Assembly (NCBI GenBank): GCA_039192005.1
Contig: JBCCXH010000001.1
Location: forward strand, 1 to 58,409
Direction of reading: 5' to 3'
Length of the DNA stretch: 58,409 nt
DNA from: Bacteroidota bacterium
GTDB taxonomy: Bacteria; Bacteroidota; Bacteroidia; Cytophagales; Cyclobacteriaceae
In this document: positions 36,855 to 46,639 of the stretch, one piece after another
Layout of the letters: each line of letters opens with the position of its first letter
Position numbering within the stretch: the first letter of the stretch is position 1
Notes under the pieces: model-generated
The model's database searches: none
The model's input: the letters and a program-made list of their open reading frames with translations, nothing else
What the model was told of the DNA's origin: nothing
Made by a program: the position numbers and the translations under genes

Positions 36855-37508
36855 CTATTCTGAAACGACGGGAGTCCTTCCAATTAGGTCCTCTCTCTTC
36901 AGCGCATCGACCATGAACTTCGCCAAATTTTTTCGGCCAAGTGTCAATTTTGGTTTTGGCTTGTTATCATAACTGACGATTATTTCCTTTTCCCTTCTAA
37001 AGTTTGTTAGTCCACTTGGCCTTACAATCGTCCAGCTTAATTTTGACTTTTTCAACTCGTTTTCTTGTCTTTCGTGGTCTTTGTAAGCAACTCCAATGTT
37101 ACTGTTTTTTATCAGCCACCTAAACCAATTGGGAATATCCGCTTCCGTTTCAGCAACGCCCCAGGCTGAACATACGATGATTCTGCTCGGTCCGTTCTTC
37201 TCTGTCAGAGAAATTACATTTTTCATCACGTCTGATAATAGCGTGGGCGGCGTTCTCAATTTTGACCACGGGAAGTCTGAGATCCGGGAAATGTTCAACG
37301 TACTTAGTATCCCATCGCAACCTTTTATTGCCTGCGCCAGATCATCAATCCGTTCAGGTGAGCCTTTGAAAATTCTCACACCGTTCAGGCTACTATCAAT
37401 TTTTCCCGGATCCCGGACTAACGCATTTATTTCGTAGCCCTGATTTAGGGCTTCTTTTAGCATTCGTTTTCCCGTTCGTCCGGTCGCTCCAAGTAGTAAT
37501 AATTTCAT
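36855..37508 (-). CDS. NAD(P)H-binding atypical SDR (flavin reductase/BVR-B-like)
   Basis: LLGATGRTG Rossmann motif, ALVRDP, WTIVRPSGL. Confidence 0.88.
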   Translation of the reverse strand: MKLLLLGATGRTGKRMLKEALNQGYEINALVRDPGKIDSSLNGVRIFKGSPERIDDLAQAIKGCDGILSTLNISRISDFPWSKLRTPPTLLSDVMKNVISLTEKNGPSRIIVCSAWGVAETEADIPNWFRWLIKNSNIGVAYKDHERQENELKKSKLSWTIVRPSGLTNFRREKEIIVSYDNKPKPKLTLGRKNLAKFMVDALKREDLIGRTPVVSE

Positions 37509-37710
37509 TTGTAAGTTTCAAACGTTCTTCTATAATCACCCGTACTCAGAGATGACGCGTCGTGGTCTCCGAGCGAAATTGATTGTAATAAAAGTAGCTT
37601 ATCCGCAGGTGCACCTTACTACTACTAGGGATAAATTCACTAGCTCTAGCTAGTGTATAAATGACCACTAGTAGCGATTGACAGCCTATCAATAAACCGT
37701 CATATTTGTC

Positions 37711-37733
37711 TTATTTAGAACTATTCTCAATAA
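37711..37733. promoter_or_regulatory. Bacteroidota Fur-like operator
   Basis: TTATTTAGA-ACTAT-TCTCAATAA near-perfect 9-5-9 palindrome, right after a -7-like element CATATTTG (37701-37708). Confidence 0.65.
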
Positions 37734-37915
37734 GATATTTAGTGATTGAGCCGAAATGACCATTAGTCCACCATTCTGCAGCATCTTGTTAAACAAACAT
37801 GCGAAGTCTTTTGATTTAGCTACGAATGTCTACCACATCTCAAGTCTCTTGCTACGAATGCAATTAATAGGGTATATAAGTTCCAATCAACTCTCAAAAC
37901 CAACACTGTAAAACT

Positions 37916-38245
37916 ATGTGCAATACGTGTAACCTTATTAATCTTAGTGAATCCAGAAATTCTCAGATCAGCTGGTGTAAGCATTGTAAAAAGTACACAC
38001 TACTATATAATAATTGTTGCATGGCTTTCAACAGCCGTGAATTCAAAGAGTTCAAATCCTTACTTATGAACCTGAAAGACGTTGATTATCAGTATTCGTT
38101 TTTGGGAAAGCCTCACGTATTGATTAAAAATAACCGGGCTGAAATAGGAATTTCTTTAACTCGAAAAGATACCGCCATACTGGTAGAAATGATTACTGAA
38201 GCCTTAAGCATAAATGAAGTATTTGGAATAATTTATGATAACTAA
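37916..38245 (+). CDS. Cys-containing small protein (DUF6686-like)
   Basis: MCNTC...WCKHCKKYTLLYNN pattern; lies downstream of the Fur-like box. Confidence 0.7.
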   Translation: MCNTCNLINLSESRNSQISWCKHCKKYTLLYNNCCMAFNSREFKEFKSLLMNLKDVDYQYSFLGKPHVLIKNNRAEIGISLTRKDTAILVEMITEALSINEVFGIIYDN

Positions 38246-38249
38246 TCCT

Positions 38250-38405
38250 ATGAACGACATCTCAGAGTTTGATCAATTTTTGGTAGATCTTGATAGTAAA
38301 ATTGAGGAAAACCCCTATGCAAAGTACCGAATCATTTTGGGTGAATTGAGAAAAATCGACTGTCCTTATTTGAAGAGAAAGGTGAAATCAGCTTACCTGG
38401 ATTGA
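38250..38405 (+). CDS. Small hypothetical protein (51 aa), below the ORF-track cut-off
   Basis: MNDISEFDQFLVDLDSKIEENPYAKYRIILGELRKIDCPYLKRKVKSAYLD*; starts 4 nt after the previous stop. Confidence 0.55.
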   Translation: MNDISEFDQFLVDLDSKIEENPYAKYRIILGELRKIDCPYLKRKVKSAYLD

Positions 38406-38464
38406 ACTGATTTCACTTTTTCATTCTGGCCAAAATTGTCCCCCTTTTTATACCGAGATCCGCC

Positions 38465-39364
38465 TTATTTATTTGGTGTTAATTCTCCAGACCATCCTGC
38501 ACGCTTGGCCCCGGCGTCGTAAGAGGATTGCAGAAAATCCAGCAAAGCCTCCCTTGGATTTTCTTCTTTAAGCAGGTCATCGTACATCAAAATGGCCATG
38601 GGTGAGCCATTGCTATCGACCCAACTGGCACTTTCTGGGTGTAGCGGTTCGGCATCCACACCGTCCGGCGATGGGTAGGTATAAGCGTAAAAGGCTCCGC
38701 CTCGCACCTGCTCGTCTCCAGCCCAAAACCCGGCACTGATCACTTCATGTGAATAGGCTTCTTTATCTGCAACGGTAGAAGAATCAGGAAGATCGGGTCC
38801 CTTTTTACCGGAAAACCGGGTCACTGCCAGGTCCATATGATGCCAGTACAGTTGTGAAGGGCTGACTTTTCCATAATACTTTCCTGCAAACTCATTAAAG
38901 ACATTGTCCACCTGAATTAGTACCTGCCAAAAGCGGCTGACGTATTCGGCATCGTAGCTATGGTGTGTTTCACAGGTACCGAATGGCTCTTTACATGGGT
39001 GATCGTAAGGAATTGGAAGTATCTTCACCGCAATCCCTAACTCCTTCAATAACCCAAAGACCTTCTCATGAAACTGGGAAACACTTAGACCGTCCTGAAG
39101 TTCAAAAGATCGGTCTTCTCCCCAGCTTCCATGTATTTCAAGCTGGTGTGACAGGAAATTAAAGTCGATTTGAAAAGACCCCTTCTCATGAGGGATGGGG
39201 CCGCTCGTGAGTCCTTTTGCGTATAACCTGAAGGTAATGTTCCACCAGTGGTTTCTCTTGGGCATGAGGTCTAACTTAATCTTACCAACAATTTGCAACC
39301 ACAGGTGCAAGGTGATTTTCGTTTCTTCCCACTTTTCTAAGGGCAATTCAGGAAATTGTTTCAT
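38465..39364 (-). CDS. DUF5996 family protein
   Basis: TLHLWLQIVGKIK, NHWW, DLAVTRFSG, EAYSHEVISAGFWAG and FLQSSY motifs. Confidence 0.88.
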   Translation of the reverse strand: MKQFPELPLEKWEETKITLHLWLQIVGKIKLDLMPKRNHWWNITFRLYAKGLTSGPIPHEKGSFQIDFNFLSHQLEIHGSWGEDRSFELQDGLSVSQFHEKVFGLLKELGIAVKILPIPYDHPCKEPFGTCETHHSYDAEYVSRFWQVLIQVDNVFNEFAGKYYGKVSPSQLYWHHMDLAVTRFSGKKGPDLPDSSTVADKEAYSHEVISAGFWAGDEQVRGGAFYAYTYPSPDGVDAEPLHPESASWVDSNGSPMAILMYDDLLKEENPREALLDFLQSSYDAGAKRAGWSGELTPNK

Positions 39365-39377
39365 TGTCTTCGTTGTT

Positions 39378-39674
39378 TTAAAGTGAATTGTGCCTCAGTA
39401 CGTCCCATTTGTCCTTATTTTTTTCAAACATGGCCCGGGTAAAGGGACACAAAGGCATCACCTTACGGCCGTCTTTTCTGGTCATCGCAACCAGTTCTTC
39501 AAACAATGCCTTTCCAACACCCTGTTCTCTGTATGCATCGTTTATTCCTGTATGATCCACAATCAACAACTGGTTTTCATTCGCAAGTGAATACGTCATT
39601 TCACCCATCTCTTTCTCCCCATCTTTTGCAACCAAACGACCTTTTGAGTCGGCTTCTTCTTTCGTTATCTCCAT
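39378..39674 (-). CDS. GNAT N-acetyltransferase (YjdJ-like)
   Basis: IVDHTG...REQGVGKAL...PLCPF motifs. Confidence 0.9.
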   Translation of the reverse strand: MEITKEEADSKGRLVAKDGEKEMGEMTYSLANENQLLIVDHTGINDAYREQGVGKALFEELVAMTRKDGRKVMPLCPFTRAMFEKNKDKWDVLRHNSL

Positions 39675-39681
39675 GTCCCTA

Positions 39682-40125
39682 CTACTGTATGGCTTCTATA
39701 ATAAATTCTGTGTTATGTCCGGTTAAATGAAACTCTGCTCCTTGCTTCAGCCCTTCCATTTTCTGATAAAGTGGCGAATCGGTAGAGATCCCTGTAACCT
39801 CCAAATCGTTTACCTTGGTCTTAGGAAAGGCTGTTGAAACCAACACCGTTCCTGTATTTAACGTCACCAATGCTCCCAGTGCAACGTGATCGTGAGTGAT
39901 GGCTACTGAAATGTTTTCCAAATGGTCCAGTCGCTTTTTAAGGTCATCTATCGCCAGGTTACTTTGCGCGATGATACCGATCTCCTCTTCTCGCGTATTT
40001 TCATAGATGTTTTCATTTACCTGCTCTTCGGTTACAGATTTAACATCTTCTTTCTCATTTTCTTCAATGAGTGTGATCTCATTTTTTGTTCGGTTAATGA
40101 GTTCGGTTATTAGTTGTTTTTTCAT
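39682..40125 (-). CDS. Hypothetical protein with GreA/GreB-like C-terminus
   Basis: Coiled-coil followed by VALGALVT...ISTDSPLYQKMEGLKQG. Confidence 0.7.
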   Translation of the reverse strand: MKKQLITELINRTKNEITLIEENEKEDVKSVTEEQVNENIYENTREEEIGIIAQSNLAIDDLKKRLDHLENISVAITHDHVALGALVTLNTGTVLVSTAFPKTKVNDLEVTGISTDSPLYQKMEGLKQGAEFHLTGHNTEFIIEAIQ

Positions 40126-40207
40126 AATTGATCGCATTCAAATTTGTTATTTCATTTTTTAGTTGGGTAGTGATTTGCACCTGCAAAGTTTCGTGACCGG
40201 ACATTGT

Positions 40208-42109
40208 TTAGCTACCTGCGGATTTCCCGGCATTGATCCGGTTCCGCATCGACTCACTGTCCCAGGAGGTATCTTCATCAGACAGTTGCCCTCGCTCCAG
40301 GTCCTCTTTCAGCAAAGCCTCCTGCTGCGCAATTTCTTCTCTGGCTTTAAAAATGTATTCATCACTGTTAAGTACTTTGTCTGCCAACCTACGGAGGCTG
40401 TCTTCGTCATACTTTTTAAAGTTTTGTGCCTGACGAAGGGTCGTATATTTTCGATGCCCCAAAAAGTGCAGGGCATCTTCTGCCACCCGGACGGACGTGT
40501 CCAGCGTCTCCCGGTAAATATGTGTCACCCCGGCATTTAAAAGCTGATAGGCATCTACCCTGCTCTTTGCCCTAACCAATAAGGTAAGATCCGGGTAATT
40601 GTGTTGCAATACCTCCACCATACGTAGGGTAGCATCAGGATCGTCAATAGCGGAAATAAGGATTTTTGCGTCACCAGCACCCGCAGATTCTAACAAATCT
40701 TCCCGCATGGCGTCTCCATAGTATACCTCAAAACCCATCTTCCTTAGTAAATCTACCCGGGAGGAATCATGGTCCAAAATGGTGGATTCTACGCCATTGG
40801 CGCGCAAAAAACGTCCAATCGTACTTCCAAAGTGACCAAAACCGACCAGAATGACCTTGTTTTTCTTCTCTATGGTATCCATCGGTGGCTTTTCTTCGGA
40901 TTCCTTCGTGCCGATCTTCGGTAAAATCACGTGCTCGTTGAATATCGCCAGTAAAGGAGTTAAGGTCATGGATATCGCCGTAATAACGAGAAATAAGTCC
41001 AGCCGCTCTTTCGAAAAAATCCCTAGTTGATTAGCAAATGAAAGCAACACGAAGGCAAACTCTCCTACTTGTGAGAGCCCCACCACAATCAGGAGTTTCT
41101 GATCCATCTTGATTCGAAAAATGGAGGCTACAATGTATAATACCACCCCTTTTAGGGTGATCACCCCAACAACAAGTAATGTAATTTCAACTGGATTATC
41201 GAGGATCATTCCAAAATTGATAGAAGCCCCTACCGCAATAAAGAATAAACCAAGCAACAACCCCTTGAATGGCTCCAGGTTGCTTTCCAGCTCATGTTTG
41301 AACTCACTCGTGGCCAGTACCACCCCACCTAAAAAGGCTCCCAACGCCGGGCTTAGTCCTACCAGTTCCATCAAATAGGCGATGGCGATAACAATCAGTA
41401 ATGCAGACGCGGAGAAAAGCTCCCGCAATCGGGTCAGGGCTACGACACGGAGTAGTGGCACAAACAGGTACCGACCTGCGAGTACCACACAAACAACGGA
41501 TAGCAGGACGAAAACGGTTCGTAAACCTACCGGTAAATTGTCCAAAAAGGATGGATGACCTCCTTCGTGTCCACCACTTACAGATGCCGCTGCCGTACTG
41601 AACAGTGGGATAACGGCCAGCATCGGAATCACGATAATGTCCTGAAAAAGCAAAATAGAGAAGGATGAGGCTCCATATACCGTGTCCATCAGGTTTTTTT
41701 CCTTCAGTGTTTGCAATACGATAGCCGTCGAGGAGAGCGATAGTGCCATGGCAATACTCAGGCCGGATTGCCATGAATAACCCATCACCGACAGCAACCC
41801 GAAGGATAAAAGTGTGGTCAGCACTACTTGCGATCCCCCCATACCCAAAATGGTCTTTTTCATCTTCCAAAACGCCTTCGGTTCTATTTCCAGGCCGATA
41901 AGAAAGAGCATCATGACTACACCGAACTCCGCAAAGTGAAGGATGTCTTCTCCTTCTTCTCCAATAAACTTTAGAAGGTAGGGGCCAATAATGATGCCTG
42001 CAAATAAGTAACCCAATACAGAACTCAGCCCAAATCGCTTGGCGATCGGCACACAAACGACGGCTGCGCTTAAATAAATAACGGCTTGAAATAGAAAGGT
42101 TCCGGTCAT
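40208..42109 (-). CDS. kefB: CPA2 family K+ efflux antiporter (KefB/KefC) with KTN domain
   Basis: FAEFGVVMMLFLIGLE, LSSTAIVL, LFQD, HELESNLEPFKGLLLGLFF; GFGHFG KTN domain. Confidence 0.92.
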   Translation of the reverse strand: MTGTFLFQAVIYLSAAVVCVPIAKRFGLSSVLGYLFAGIIIGPYLLKFIGEEGEDILHFAEFGVVMMLFLIGLEIEPKAFWKMKKTILGMGGSQVVLTTLLSFGLLSVMGYSWQSGLSIAMALSLSSTAIVLQTLKEKNLMDTVYGASSFSILLFQDIIVIPMLAVIPLFSTAAASVSGGHEGGHPSFLDNLPVGLRTVFVLLSVVCVVLAGRYLFVPLLRVVALTRLRELFSASALLIVIAIAYLMELVGLSPALGAFLGGVVLATSEFKHELESNLEPFKGLLLGLFFIAVGASINFGMILDNPVEITLLVVGVITLKGVVLYIVASIFRIKMDQKLLIVVGLSQVGEFAFVLLSFANQLGIFSKERLDLFLVITAISMTLTPLLAIFNEHVILPKIGTKESEEKPPMDTIEKKNKVILVGFGHFGSTIGRFLRANGVESTILDHDSSRVDLLRKMGFEVYYGDAMREDLLESAGAGDAKILISAIDDPDATLRMVEVLQHNYPDLTLLVRAKSRVDAYQLLNAGVTHIYRETLDTSVRVAEDALHFLGHRKYTTLRQAQNFKKYDEDSLRRLADKVLNSDEYIFKAREEIAQQEALLKEDLERGQLSDEDTSWDSESMRNRINAGKSAGS

Positions 42110-42720
42110 TTCTCCTGTAGGTTTTGAAGTGCCGGCAAATCATTTATAAACTGACAGTTATCCGTATCCGGGATTTCTAACTCATTTTTTTGCAACGACC
42201 TTAGCAGTTCCTGATACTGTCGCACATAAGTAGCAAGTTGTTCTTCGCTCAGACGATGTGTGCCCATCACCGCGAAAGGAGGTAGGTATTCCATGCTACA
42301 CAACCTGGCGGTTTGTTCAAAGGGGCGTAGAAACTCCCTGATGGTGTAATGATTTCTTCCCTTTTCGCAATACACTTCTTTGGTGCCACCGGCAGTAAGT
42401 ACATTAAATACCTGCTTTCCTTCCAGGGCATTTCCTTCGGGTCCGTACGCCCACCCAAACTCCAATACCATATCAATCCATTGCTTTAAAAGTGGAGGGC
42501 AGCTGTACCAGTAAAGCGGGTGATGCCAGACAATGAGGTCATGATGCTTCAATAAGTCTTTTTCAATGAATATGTCAATGTTAAAATTGGGATACCATTC
42601 GTAAAGGTCTTGTACTGTGACTCCGTCCATGCGTTTTACTCCCTCTATCAGGGCTCGATTGGTACGGGATTGCTCATATCTGGGGTGAGCGAACACAATT
42701 AATATTTTCTTCAACGTCAT
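42106..42720 (-). CDS. kefF: NAD(P)H-dependent oxidoreductase, KefF/KefG ancillary subunit
   Basis: FAHP, DLYEWYP, PLYWYSCPPLLKQWID...GWAYG; overlaps the kefB start. Confidence 0.9.
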   Translation of the reverse strand: MTLKKILIVFAHPRYEQSRTNRALIEGVKRMDGVTVQDLYEWYPNFNIDIFIEKDLLKHHDLIVWHHPLYWYSCPPLLKQWIDMVLEFGWAYGPEGNALEGKQVFNVLTAGGTKEVYCEKGRNHYTIREFLRPFEQTARLCSMEYLPPFAVMGTHRLSEEQLATYVRQYQELLRSLQKNELEIPDTDNCQFINDLPALQNLQEK

Positions 42721-42857
42721 CTATTCTGGTATTTGAATCAAGGATAATTCTCTTAGTGAAGATAACCAACTAGGTGAGGTTACTTCAACAAATTATTATT
42801 GAATGATTGATACGCCCAACTGAAAGCAAAAAACATCCCGATAGAAAAAACGTCCAC

Positions 42858-43157
42858 TCATTCGTCACCGAAGGCCGCTTTTAACTCACTTAGTAACAAC
42901 CCACTTCCTCCTCCATAATGTTCAAATACCTTGATTGCAGGTTGAATTTCTATCGCTTTTCTCCTGATTTCTTCTTCGTCTTTCTTATCAAAACCTGCGC
43001 CTATCAACAATAAGTCGTACTGATCTTTCATCAGGCTGGTGTGCATTTCTTGAATGGAAGTACTTGCTAAACCGGTGTATCCTTCGTGTGCATCCAAAAG
43101 CCTGATGATCACATTGGCAATTTCCTTATTCTTTCCTATTACTAAAATCTTTTTCAT
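42858..43157 (-). CDS. Hypothetical small receiver-like protein
   Basis: KILVIG...YDLLLIGAG...HYGGGSGLL alpha/beta pattern. Confidence 0.7.
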   Translation of the reverse strand: MKKILVIGKNKEIANVIIRLLDAHEGYTGLASTSIQEMHTSLMKDQYDLLLIGAGFDKKDEEEIRRKAIEIQPAIKVFEHYGGGSGLLLSELKAAFGDE

Positions 43158-43187
43158 TGAGTTAATAAATTTTATTCATTCGTTTTA

Positions 43188-44546
43188 TCAGAACCTAACT
43201 TCAGCAGTAATCACCATGTGCAGCAACGTCCTGGACCCGGGCCTGATGGTTTCAATATAACTTCCCGGAAAGATGAAATTGGTTTCTACCTCTACCACGG
43301 CAAAGGGACTAAACTCATAGTTGAAAATACCTCCTATTTGTTGGGCGATGAAACGTTGATCGGATGTGCCCTCCAGCACAATGTTCATCGGAGGGCCGTA
43401 GATCACATCGTCTTTGGAAAACCTCCAAAACACGTCATAATCAAGCTCCATCGTAAACTTTCCTGTTCGAAAGGTCCAGTAAGGGTGTACATCGATGAGG
43501 TTGGCCGGACCAAAGCGAGCCACCCTCCCAAAATACGCGCCCCTAGGATACAGCGGGTTAAATGTCCCCAACCTGTTTTCCGAAGTAGAGCCACTGATCA
43601 ACTCTGTCTTGACACCTAGTTGATGTTTTTCGTTGAGTTGGTTTTTGATGTTGAAGGAAATGGTCCATGCCAAAATGTCCCGTTCGCCAAAGGAACCGAA
43701 TTGAAACACCGCCTCGTTATCGTACCTCCACTCTCGGGTGCTCTTCCATGTCCTTACCCCGATGCTATGCCTTCGCTCGTCTCCTGTACCCAACCCATAC
43801 GTTGATTCGCTATAGTTTGACCCCAGGTAATAAGCGTCTAGGTGAACGTCTCCTGTCAGAAGTTTACCAACGTAGGCTCCCCACAGCCATTCCTTGTTTT
43901 GAAATCCTAAATTGTCAAAGACACCTTCACGAGGAACGACCGGGCTTCCGCCAAATAAGAGAAAATTTCGTTCACCATTCACCCATTCCGCGGAGAGGTG
44001 ATCAAATGCCCTTCTCACGTTCGGGCCTTCTCTTGGATCCAGTAGCCTTCTGCTACCTAGTTTTAGGTTTTCCCGTCCGGCAGTAATCGTTAAGTTTTCC
44101 ACCTTAAACTCCGCAAATAGCTGATTCATGTATAATCGGTCCCGATCGACCGGAGCCAGATCCTCTTTGCCTTCAATCAAACTTGAGCCCAACTCTCCGA
44201 AAACCCGAAACTTACTGCCAAACCTTAGGTCACTATGAAGTAAAATTCGTTGCAGGTACCATCCATTCTCGCGATTGGGAGAAAAGGAGAATTCTTCGTT
44301 GCTGAAGCGTTCATATTGCCCCCGGTAGCTGCCTCCGAACGATAGCACCTGATCGGGTCCTAACTTGATCCACTTGAACCCATCATACCTACTTTTTTTT
44401 TCTGCTTCGCCCCATTCCTCTACGTTGTCGTCTTGCCGCAGCAAGCTAAACTCATAGGAAGGTCGTTCGTCCTCTTGTGCAAAGACCACGAGTGTTGGTA
44501 GCAGGTAAATGAAAAAAGTAAGATAGCGTTTATGTATACGTTTCAT
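43188..44546 (-). CDS. Alginate-export-family outer-membrane beta-barrel
   Basis: Signal peptide; GRENLKLGSRRLLDPREGPNVRRAFD, GTFNPLYPRGAYFG; C-terminal F. Confidence 0.85.
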   Translation of the reverse strand: MKRIHKRYLTFFIYLLPTLVVFAQEDERPSYEFSLLRQDDNVEEWGEAEKKSRYDGFKWIKLGPDQVLSFGGSYRGQYERFSNEEFSFSPNRENGWYLQRILLHSDLRFGSKFRVFGELGSSLIEGKEDLAPVDRDRLYMNQLFAEFKVENLTITAGRENLKLGSRRLLDPREGPNVRRAFDHLSAEWVNGERNFLLFGGSPVVPREGVFDNLGFQNKEWLWGAYVGKLLTGDVHLDAYYLGSNYSESTYGLGTGDERRHSIGVRTWKSTREWRYDNEAVFQFGSFGERDILAWTISFNIKNQLNEKHQLGVKTELISGSTSENRLGTFNPLYPRGAYFGRVARFGPANLIDVHPYWTFRTGKFTMELDYDVFWRFSKDDVIYGPPMNIVLEGTSDQRFIAQQIGGIFNYEFSPFAVVEVETNFIFPGSYIETIRPGSRTLLHMVITAEVRF

Positions 44547-44579
44547 CCGGTTTCGATTTTTGATGACTTGTCAAGCATC

Positions 44580-45194
44580 TTACATCGTTTTCAGTAGCTG
44601 CTCAATATCTCCTATCAGCCTTGATACGTCTGTCTTTTCCAACCCATTGTAGTAGCCTCGAATTCTTCTTTGATCATCTATCAACACAAAGGTCCCATCA
44701 TGAAGGATGTTGGACTGACCACCCATGCTATCATCAAAAGCCCGGACTTTGTAGTCTTTGGCCAATTCGAACACGTCTGTCTCGTAACCGGTCAATAAAG
44801 CCCATTTGGAACCATCTACTCCATAGCGATCTGCGTACGCGGCAAGCTGCTCGGGTGTATCGTGTTTCGGGTCGATGGAATAAGAGATAATGCCCAGCCT
44901 GTCTTCTTTCTCAAAGTGATCTTGTACCAGCCTGAGGTGTCCGGTCATCACCGGACAGATGGTAGGACAGGTACTGAAGAAAAAATCAACGACATGGACT
45001 TTCCCATCGTAATCTTCGTTGGAAACGTGCTGGTTCAACTGATCTGTAAACGAAAAAGAAGGCGCCTTGTAGTGTACCAGATCCCCGTTGTCATCGATGG
45101 ACGGCTCTCCCAAAATAGGGAGTGACGTGTCCATGCGTTGGTCACATGCTACAAGAGAAAGCGTGAATACAAGTAACAAACTAAACGTTTTCAT
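44580..45194 (-). CDS. SCO family copper chaperone lipoprotein
   Basis: Lipobox LVAC; DFFFSTCPTICP (CxxxC), SIDPKHDTPE and conserved His in ILHDG. Confidence 0.93.
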   Translation of the reverse strand: MKTFSLLLVFTLSLVACDQRMDTSLPILGEPSIDDNGDLVHYKAPSFSFTDQLNQHVSNEDYDGKVHVVDFFFSTCPTICPVMTGHLRLVQDHFEKEDRLGIISYSIDPKHDTPEQLAAYADRYGVDGSKWALLTGYETDVFELAKDYKVRAFDDSMGGQSNILHDGTFVLIDDQRRIRGYYNGLEKTDVSRLIGDIEQLLKTM

Positions 45195-46588
45195 ACGCTT
45201 AGCTTTAAGGTGATGCCTTCCAGTTTAAGAATTTCATCCGGGATGTTTCTGTTGGGAAGTGGCACGGGTTGAAACACCACTTGTACGTCATTCCCGGATT
45301 GAATCGCATCTGCAATCTCCTTCTCAATCTCTATTTGCAGGTGTACCCCGTGTTGTAACAAAACCGAATCCAAGTCAAGGATGGGCAGGATGGTAAAGGT
45401 CCCCGAATACGTACTTTGATGGCTTCCTTCTTTGTGGTATTCGAAGAATACCCTCGCGCAATAGGGCTGGTAAGGAAGCTGTGCACGTTCAAAATGCAGG
45501 ATAACGTGTGTTCGATCCTTATTGATCAGTTCCTTGTAGATCGCATCGGTATCGGAAGCTTTTACATTTAGAGGTGCAATGCAGTCACGGCTTCCTTTTT
45601 CCCTTTTAGGTAAATCTGCCGCTACATATGGGTTGCAGAAGTTAGGGTTCAGATCCAGATCTGCAAATCGGTAACCGAGCTGCTCTGAGTCCAGCAGTTC
45701 ATTGATCTTAAAATCAACCGGTCGTCCGTTTCCGTCCGTAGCAAACAGCCTTTTTTCCAGCCATTCTTCCTCATCAGGCAAGGTGTTTTCCGGGTGGTAG
45801 TTTCTCCATGCGTCCCATATTCGATCACAATTGCCATGATGTGCATAGAAAATAGGATCAAACCCCGACTCCGTAAACGTCGCCATCTGCCCGCCGATCC
45901 AGTTGTGGATGTTGTTGTGAAACGACTGCTCCGCCAAACCGTCCAGTTGTGCTTCTCCACGCTTCTTAATGGCCGGGTACCCACCAAAAGTTTTGTAATG
46001 TTTAGCTCTGAATCCCGCACCTACATTGATGAAGTCTTTCGGTATCTCATCCGTAGCAGATACAAGGCGAGTTATGTTAAACAATGGGTTGGACTCGTCT
46101 CCCCAATAATGTGCGGGGATGGTATTTTTCTTGGTCCAGTCCCAGTAGTGGAGTGCCAGCTTAGGCTCATTTACAGCTTTTTGCAACTTTTGCTCCATAG
46201 ACCACAGATAGAGCCGGTGCCAGGGCCATACGTACCAGTTGTAGTGAACCTGATTGGCGTAGATGCTAGTCGCACAAAACGTCGCATGAAGCATGCAGTG
46301 CGCCTGCCACCCCATCGGGTCTAGTGGAGATACCTCCGATCGTTTCTTTAAAATGGCGATGGCGTCTTTAAATAACTTAATCTCAGGATCATCTACCGGA
46401 ATATCAGCAATGTTCTTGCGAGTCACGATACCTCCACCGGGGTTGAGATCGGAAACGGTTACCTTATTTTTTTCAGTTGATGCTGGTTCCGCGCAGGATG
46501 GTGGCAAAATCGCCAACCCTGTCAAGCCGAGTGTTGAAAGGCCGGACTTCTTGAGGAATTGCCTTCTGGTGTCTTTTGTTTCGTTCAT
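45191..46588 (-). CDS. Tat-exported tyrosinase/polyphenol oxidase (type-3 copper) with DWL-like domain
   Basis: RRQFLK Tat motif; CuA HATFC...QVHYNWYVWPWHR; CuB HNNIH...DPIFYAHHGNCDRIW; EWLEKRLF...LLDSEQLGYRF. Confidence 0.92.
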   Translation of the reverse strand: MNETKDTRRQFLKKSGLSTLGLTGLAILPPSCAEPASTEKNKVTVSDLNPGGGIVTRKNIADIPVDDPEIKLFKDAIAILKKRSEVSPLDPMGWQAHCMLHATFCATSIYANQVHYNWYVWPWHRLYLWSMEQKLQKAVNEPKLALHYWDWTKKNTIPAHYWGDESNPLFNITRLVSATDEIPKDFINVGAGFRAKHYKTFGGYPAIKKRGEAQLDGLAEQSFHNNIHNWIGGQMATFTESGFDPIFYAHHGNCDRIWDAWRNYHPENTLPDEEEWLEKRLFATDGNGRPVDFKINELLDSEQLGYRFADLDLNPNFCNPYVAADLPKREKGSRDCIAPLNVKASDTDAIYKELINKDRTHVILHFERAQLPYQPYCARVFFEYHKEGSHQSTYSGTFTILPILDLDSVLLQHGVHLQIEIEKEIADAIQSGNDVQVVFQPVPLPNRNIPDEILKLEGITLKLSV

Positions 46589-46639
46589 GATGTAAAGGTT
46601 TTGTTGATGTTCTTAATGGATCGATTGAAGAAGTGGACC

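Noticed and set aside
41304-42143. 279-aa alternative-frame ORF over kefB
   Set aside because: It is an Arg/Cys-rich off-frame shadow of a well-conserved membrane protein gene.
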